Shown: piece after piece, positions 59,801-64,000 of the stretch
Layout of the letters: every line of letters begins with the position of its first letter
Numbering within the stretch: the first letter of the stretch is position 1
Source: Klebsormidium nitens
Lineage: Eukaryota > Plantae > Klebsormidiophyceae
Reading direction: 5' to 3'
Assembly (NCBI GenBank): GCA_000708835.1
Contig: DF237103.1
Location: 1-64,000 of the forward strand
Length of the DNA stretch: 64,000 bases
The notes under the pieces: model-generated
Told to the model about the DNA's origin: nothing
Database searches by the model: none
Seen by the model: the letters and a program-made list of their open reading frames with translations, nothing else
Program-made: the position numbers and the translations under genes

Positions 59801-60463
59801 ACGCCTCGTAGCCGGCCCTTCCGGCGTGCGAGACACCCCGCTCTTCTCTCCACTTCCAGCCCCAAGGAGTGGTCTTGAGTGGTATTGACTGCCTCGCCCC
59901 CCTGAAGATTCAAACTTGAAAGCCCTCGTCGTTTCGGCCTTCCCAGCCGTTTCCCTCCACTGGACAAACCCACCCCCGGTGCCAAGGTCACTACCACCAG
60001 CGTTCTCTGATTGTCCAGAAGGGCCCCCCACCTGAGAAGTCTCCCCATGCAAAAACGGTGGTGCTGAGGGTGCATAGAACCAATTGCCGTCAACCTTCAC
60101 CCCTCCAGCGCTTTTCCCTTGCTGTTGTCCTGCATCCGCCACCAGATCTGCCTTCGGTCTCCGTGGAGCCTCGGCCTGCTTTCCGGAACCCCTGTCTAGC
60201 TCCTTCCCAAAGGAGCTTGGCGGGAGGTTCCTGGACAGAGATGCAAAATGACCAGGGCTTTCACTGGACGACGGGCTTCCGAACACCTCAGGGTACAGCT
60301 TTTTGCTGGTTCCAGCTCCTGTGCCTGCTTCTTCTTGTGCAGGTTCGTGTCTACTCCCAGGTGAAGGCGCGTCTCCAATCCCGAATTCTGAGGGCTCGCT
60401 ACTGGGGCTCCGTACCCAGCTTGTCATCTTGCCGAGGGTGTCAAAGGGCCAAGCTGCCATCAA
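56822..60463 (-). CDS. Hypothetical protein: disordered N-terminal half plus aromatic, beta-strand-rich C-terminal domain
   Basis: Exons ~60463-59717, one or more unresolved small exons, ~59323-59121, 58192-58001, 57482-57307, 56918-56822. The last four join in frame (..KIQWYPKEVWAKLRFEDDYENLWGFNFDVVNRSAKL..FGFGYDFSNHTKGFRWAL..VGLKWSADVSLPELSGAMG..GNYFFSIDKAFCTFTKRV*). Confidence 0.65.
58290..58710 (-). repeat. Three upstream copies of acceptor plus start of the exon at 58192
   Basis: ctctag|tggggctttgaacttg (~58313), ctcaag|gggccttcaaatctgatctcgtgaacc (~58443) and gacag|cggcttcaacttcgacgt (~58696) versus ctctcag|tggggcttcaacttcgacgtcgtgaacc. Confidence 0.8.
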
Positions 60464-61174
60464 CTAAAGCTAACAAGAACGGGGATGAAGGAAACAGTGG
60501 GCACAAGATGGACACTTTCTGATTGCATGCTCAATAAAGTATTGCTCTGGACTTTCAAGCGTTCAAGGTCAGGTTTTTAGGCCTCAGTCGGCGATAAGCC
60601 TTGGTTCGCTTGGATTGGCAGGACTTTGAGCGAACTTTGGCGCCCTCAAGGTTGAAAGTTGAAAGCTCATTCTGATGTCATTCATCTTCCAAGCTGCTGA
60701 GACTCAAAGAAGAAGCCAGCACACTGCTGGTGCCAGCAGGGCCCAGCGTAGCGAAGTCCTAGGGGCAATCTGCAGACCCAGTCTGACGTTGGCCAACGTG
60801 CTTGCCGCCCCCCACTTCCCGTTCAAACTGTACAAGCCAACATTGAACGGTTCCGATGGGCTAACAGAAAAAATTGACGGCCGAGAAACTAGAGACAAAA
60901 TTTTGAGCCATTCCAGCCCCAACATTCAAAGAATAAAGCACCGGCAACCAGCACCAAGAGATGGCAAAATTTTGTTCCGCTCCAGAAAAGCTAGAGAATT
61001 GCTAGCAGCCTAGCACCACTCCCAACCAGGGTAATGTTGCGGCTATTAGAAGGGGGCGACAAAAAAGTAGATCACACGTTGGTGGTGGTTACATCGGTAG
61101 TCCGCAATTGATCATTGTATAGGATCAGCAGGAGTTTCTCAGTAGAATTCGGGATGTAAAGTGGAGTCCCCAGC

Positions 61175-63800
61175 ATGTCTTTGCTTCAGGTACTTTTTAG
61201 GAGGCGATTGAACATCACTGCGCTCCGCTCAATAGAGCTGTGCGAGTTCTTTCTGGACAAGGCCCTCAGGGTTGCAGGGCCAGTGCTGATTGCTTTGGCC
61301 GCAGTTTTGATCAGGTGAGGGTACGGACCATTTGATGCCATGCTTTAGAACGCGGTGGTTGTTGCAAATCAGTTCAGCATCAGGAATGCGCACCGCTGAA
61401 AGATTCGTGCTGTCCTGAGAGAAGTCGGCTTGTCTAACTTAGTAAGCTTGAAACCTTTTGTTGAAACCTTTTGGACAAGACTATGTCATGTTCAGAAACT
61501 TTGGGTTCGTTGTATCCTTAAACTGATGGCTATTCTCGACCACCACCGTCGACGGCCCCCTCCATCCGCAGTTGGTTGCTTTTGACAAGCGGGGCTGTCA
61601 CCGTGAACAACTCTGCAAGTTGCTGAAAGCAAGTCTGCAAGTTGTTGAACAAAGACAACTCTCTGTGTAATCAGCCCCAGCCACTGCCGCTATCCTGCAA
61701 CTCGACCTTCGCCAAACTCTTTGTTGCCTTCTCTGAACAAGGGAGCCCCCGGTGTTTCTTGCAGTGCGGTCGTGTACATCTACTTCAGCGTACTCCTCTT
61801 CGCCAACGTCGGCACTCCCTTTCATAGTTTTAAGGCCCTGGCACATGTGGCTCTTGGCCTTTCCCTCTTGTTCAACCTTGTTTTCAACTACGCCTACTGT
61901 GTCATCACGCCCCCAGGGCATCCTCCATCTTTGGATCGCACCTCGGGCTCTGCGTCAGACATTGAGGGTCAGAATGAGTCAGCGGACTCTGACGATGAAG
62001 GGGAATATGCGCCGGGGCAAACGCGGTGGTGCCGCCGGTGTCGTAGGGCAAAGCCGGCGCTGACTCATCACTGCCATGTGTGCGGGTAAGTCAATCTTGA
62101 AGTTACTCTATTTGTCCCGGTCTGTCATTGCTTCTTCAGTCATGGTTTTCCTGGTTCGGGTCCTAGTGTTTTGAAATGACGCTTCTATACTCTGGCCAAA
62201 CCAAGACCTACGTGGCTGCTCATGACCTTGTTCTTTGATGCCAAGGGTGACTTTAAAGAAGCTTCTAGTCCAAGGGAGATTTTGGTGGCCTTTCTGAAGC
62301 GGTGGAGGTGGTCAATCTCGAGACAAGTCCGATTAGAGATTTGTGGTCGTTGTCCTTCTGGAGTGCTGACTTTTTTCAAAAGAAGGAGAGAGTTTTTTGT
62401 ACAGCACTGTAAATCTTCAATTGACGGTTAAGTCAGATATCTGGTTATGAAACAACTTCATACAATCTCTCAGACGGTTTCTAAAGCTGGCTGCTCTTTC
62501 TCGTTTGCAGGAAATGCATCCTGAAGATGGTAAGAAGTCGGCTATCCTGGTGTTGTCGTGACTTTGCGGAGAAAAGGCTTGAACCTGGGCCTCAAGCATG
62601 AGGAATTGAGAGGTCCTCCCGAGCTGCTTGAATGCCAGTCAAACAGCACGACGTTACAGATTGACTGGATAAGCACTTGAGGCAACAAGCACCTCCATAA
62701 CGCAGAGCCCTGCCTTGCTTTCAAAGGCTCTCCAGCTTCGTGAAATCACCTGTAAGCCTCCAAATCAGTTTTTAAGTCGATGGATTGTGTGTGGTGCCCT
62801 TTCTTGGTGATTGGTGTCTCCAAGTTATCGCACTTCGGATCGGCCCTAGCTTGATGCAGATATTCTCAACCGCTCATCTGGTTTTAGTTTTTGGAAAAAC
62901 GCGCCCTTTCTGACTCCTCCCTCCGTTTCTCCCCTCAGGACCATCACTGTCCCTGGCTCGACAACTGCGTCGGCTTTTTCAACTATCGCTACTTCCTTCT
63001 ATTCATCACGTACCTGTGGCTCGGCTGCATCTACGTCCTGCTCATGACGATCCAACCGCTCTTCAGGGCAGAAGATCCGGTAAGCTCCTTCGTTTTTTCA
63101 GACCAGAACCTTTAAGTCTTGCGCCTGTTGTGCAAGAGGATTGCTTGAACCCGAGATTTAGCCCCTGACTATATTTTGGCAAAAATGGCTTTGTGTTTGT
63201 GCTCTTGATCTCCTCAACCGGAGCCACACCTGTAGGCAGACGCCGACTGTCCGCTCGATCAATCTCATCTGGTTAACATGTGGTCGACGAAGATTGGAAT
63301 GTGGATCGATGTTACTAGGGTTGCAGCTGCCAACCTGCGTCCTTAGAAAGAGTGAAGCACTACTGAGGCGATCTGAACGAAGTCAGATTCCTGCTCACGG
63401 CCATTAAGCTGCTTGTCTACATTTTCCGCTCGGCATGTTGTTCAGTCAGCCGACGAATGTCTTTGCTCACTGCTTAAAGGTCCGGCGTACTGCACTTCTC
63501 GTCTAACCTGGCAGCCTGTACAAAATCGCATCTTTGCTTACGGAAATTTCGCCGTTCGATGAATCAGATACTAGCATCGAACGGCCCAAGTCCTGCCAAA
63601 AGCTTCAACTGAACGAACGGCCAGCTCTAACAAATTCGGAGCTTAGCTCCTGCGAATCTCTTGGTTCTGAAAGCCCTACGTTTTCGTTGCAGGAGAAGCC
63701 GCTGTCTACCGTGGTCTTCGCATTCACCCTCTGCTTCGCAGTAGCAATCGCGTTGGGGTGCCTTTTGGCGTGGCACTTGTTCCTGATCTTGACGGCTCAG
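61175..63800 (+). CDS. DHHC-type protein S-acyltransferase (palmitoyltransferase), 3' end beyond the window
   Basis: Exons 61175-61314, 61765-62085, 62511-62529 (19 nt), 62939-63079, 63693-63800. [49 protein letters not shown]; TM segments either side; TPPG motif. Confidence 0.92.
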
Positions 63801-64000
63801 GTGAGGGACGAGGTTTGTTGTTGGCACTGTTTCTCGAGTCTACGCACCTGTACCGAGTCGTGTGGGCCGCTTTTGTGTCAAGACTCAAACTACTCTAGCC
63901 GAGTGTTACTTGCAGACCTTCTAAAAGATTTCGTTTTTGGCATCGAGGTGTCTATGTGAGGACGCTTCGGAGGGCTGTCTAAGGATTGCGAGGCTTGGAG

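Overview
Eukaryotic, intron-rich nuclear DNA (~50% GC) from a photosynthetic organism. A streptophyte green alga such as Klebsormidium is inferred from the gene mix (plastid DXS, GT37 fucosyltransferase, CURT1-type domain, cilium-associated kinesin-16-like motor); this cannot be confirmed from sequence alone. By joining GT/GC-AG exons in consistent phase I reconstruct ten protein-coding genes: GT37 fucosyltransferase (-), BUD13 (-), DXS (+), two head-to-head paralogous SDRs (-/+), a ~1,020-aa plastid-targeted disordered protein ending in a CURT1/CAAD-like domain (-), a kinesin-16/KIF12-like motor (+), a small coiled-coil protein (-), an unknown protein (-), and a DHHC S-acyltransferase (+, runs off the window). 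I recognised no rRNA, tRNA, CRISPR array or autonomous transposon. Three observations stand out. (1) Many introns are built from decaying tandem copies of their own splice junction plus adjacent exon sequence, at more than 15 junctions in 6 genes. (2) The giant CURT1/CAAD fusion carries a repeated D[AV]xSxTPxxP motif. (3) A ~180-nt multibranch RNA-like fold lies just downstream of the DXS stop codon. All exon models were read by eye and need RNA-seq confirmation.
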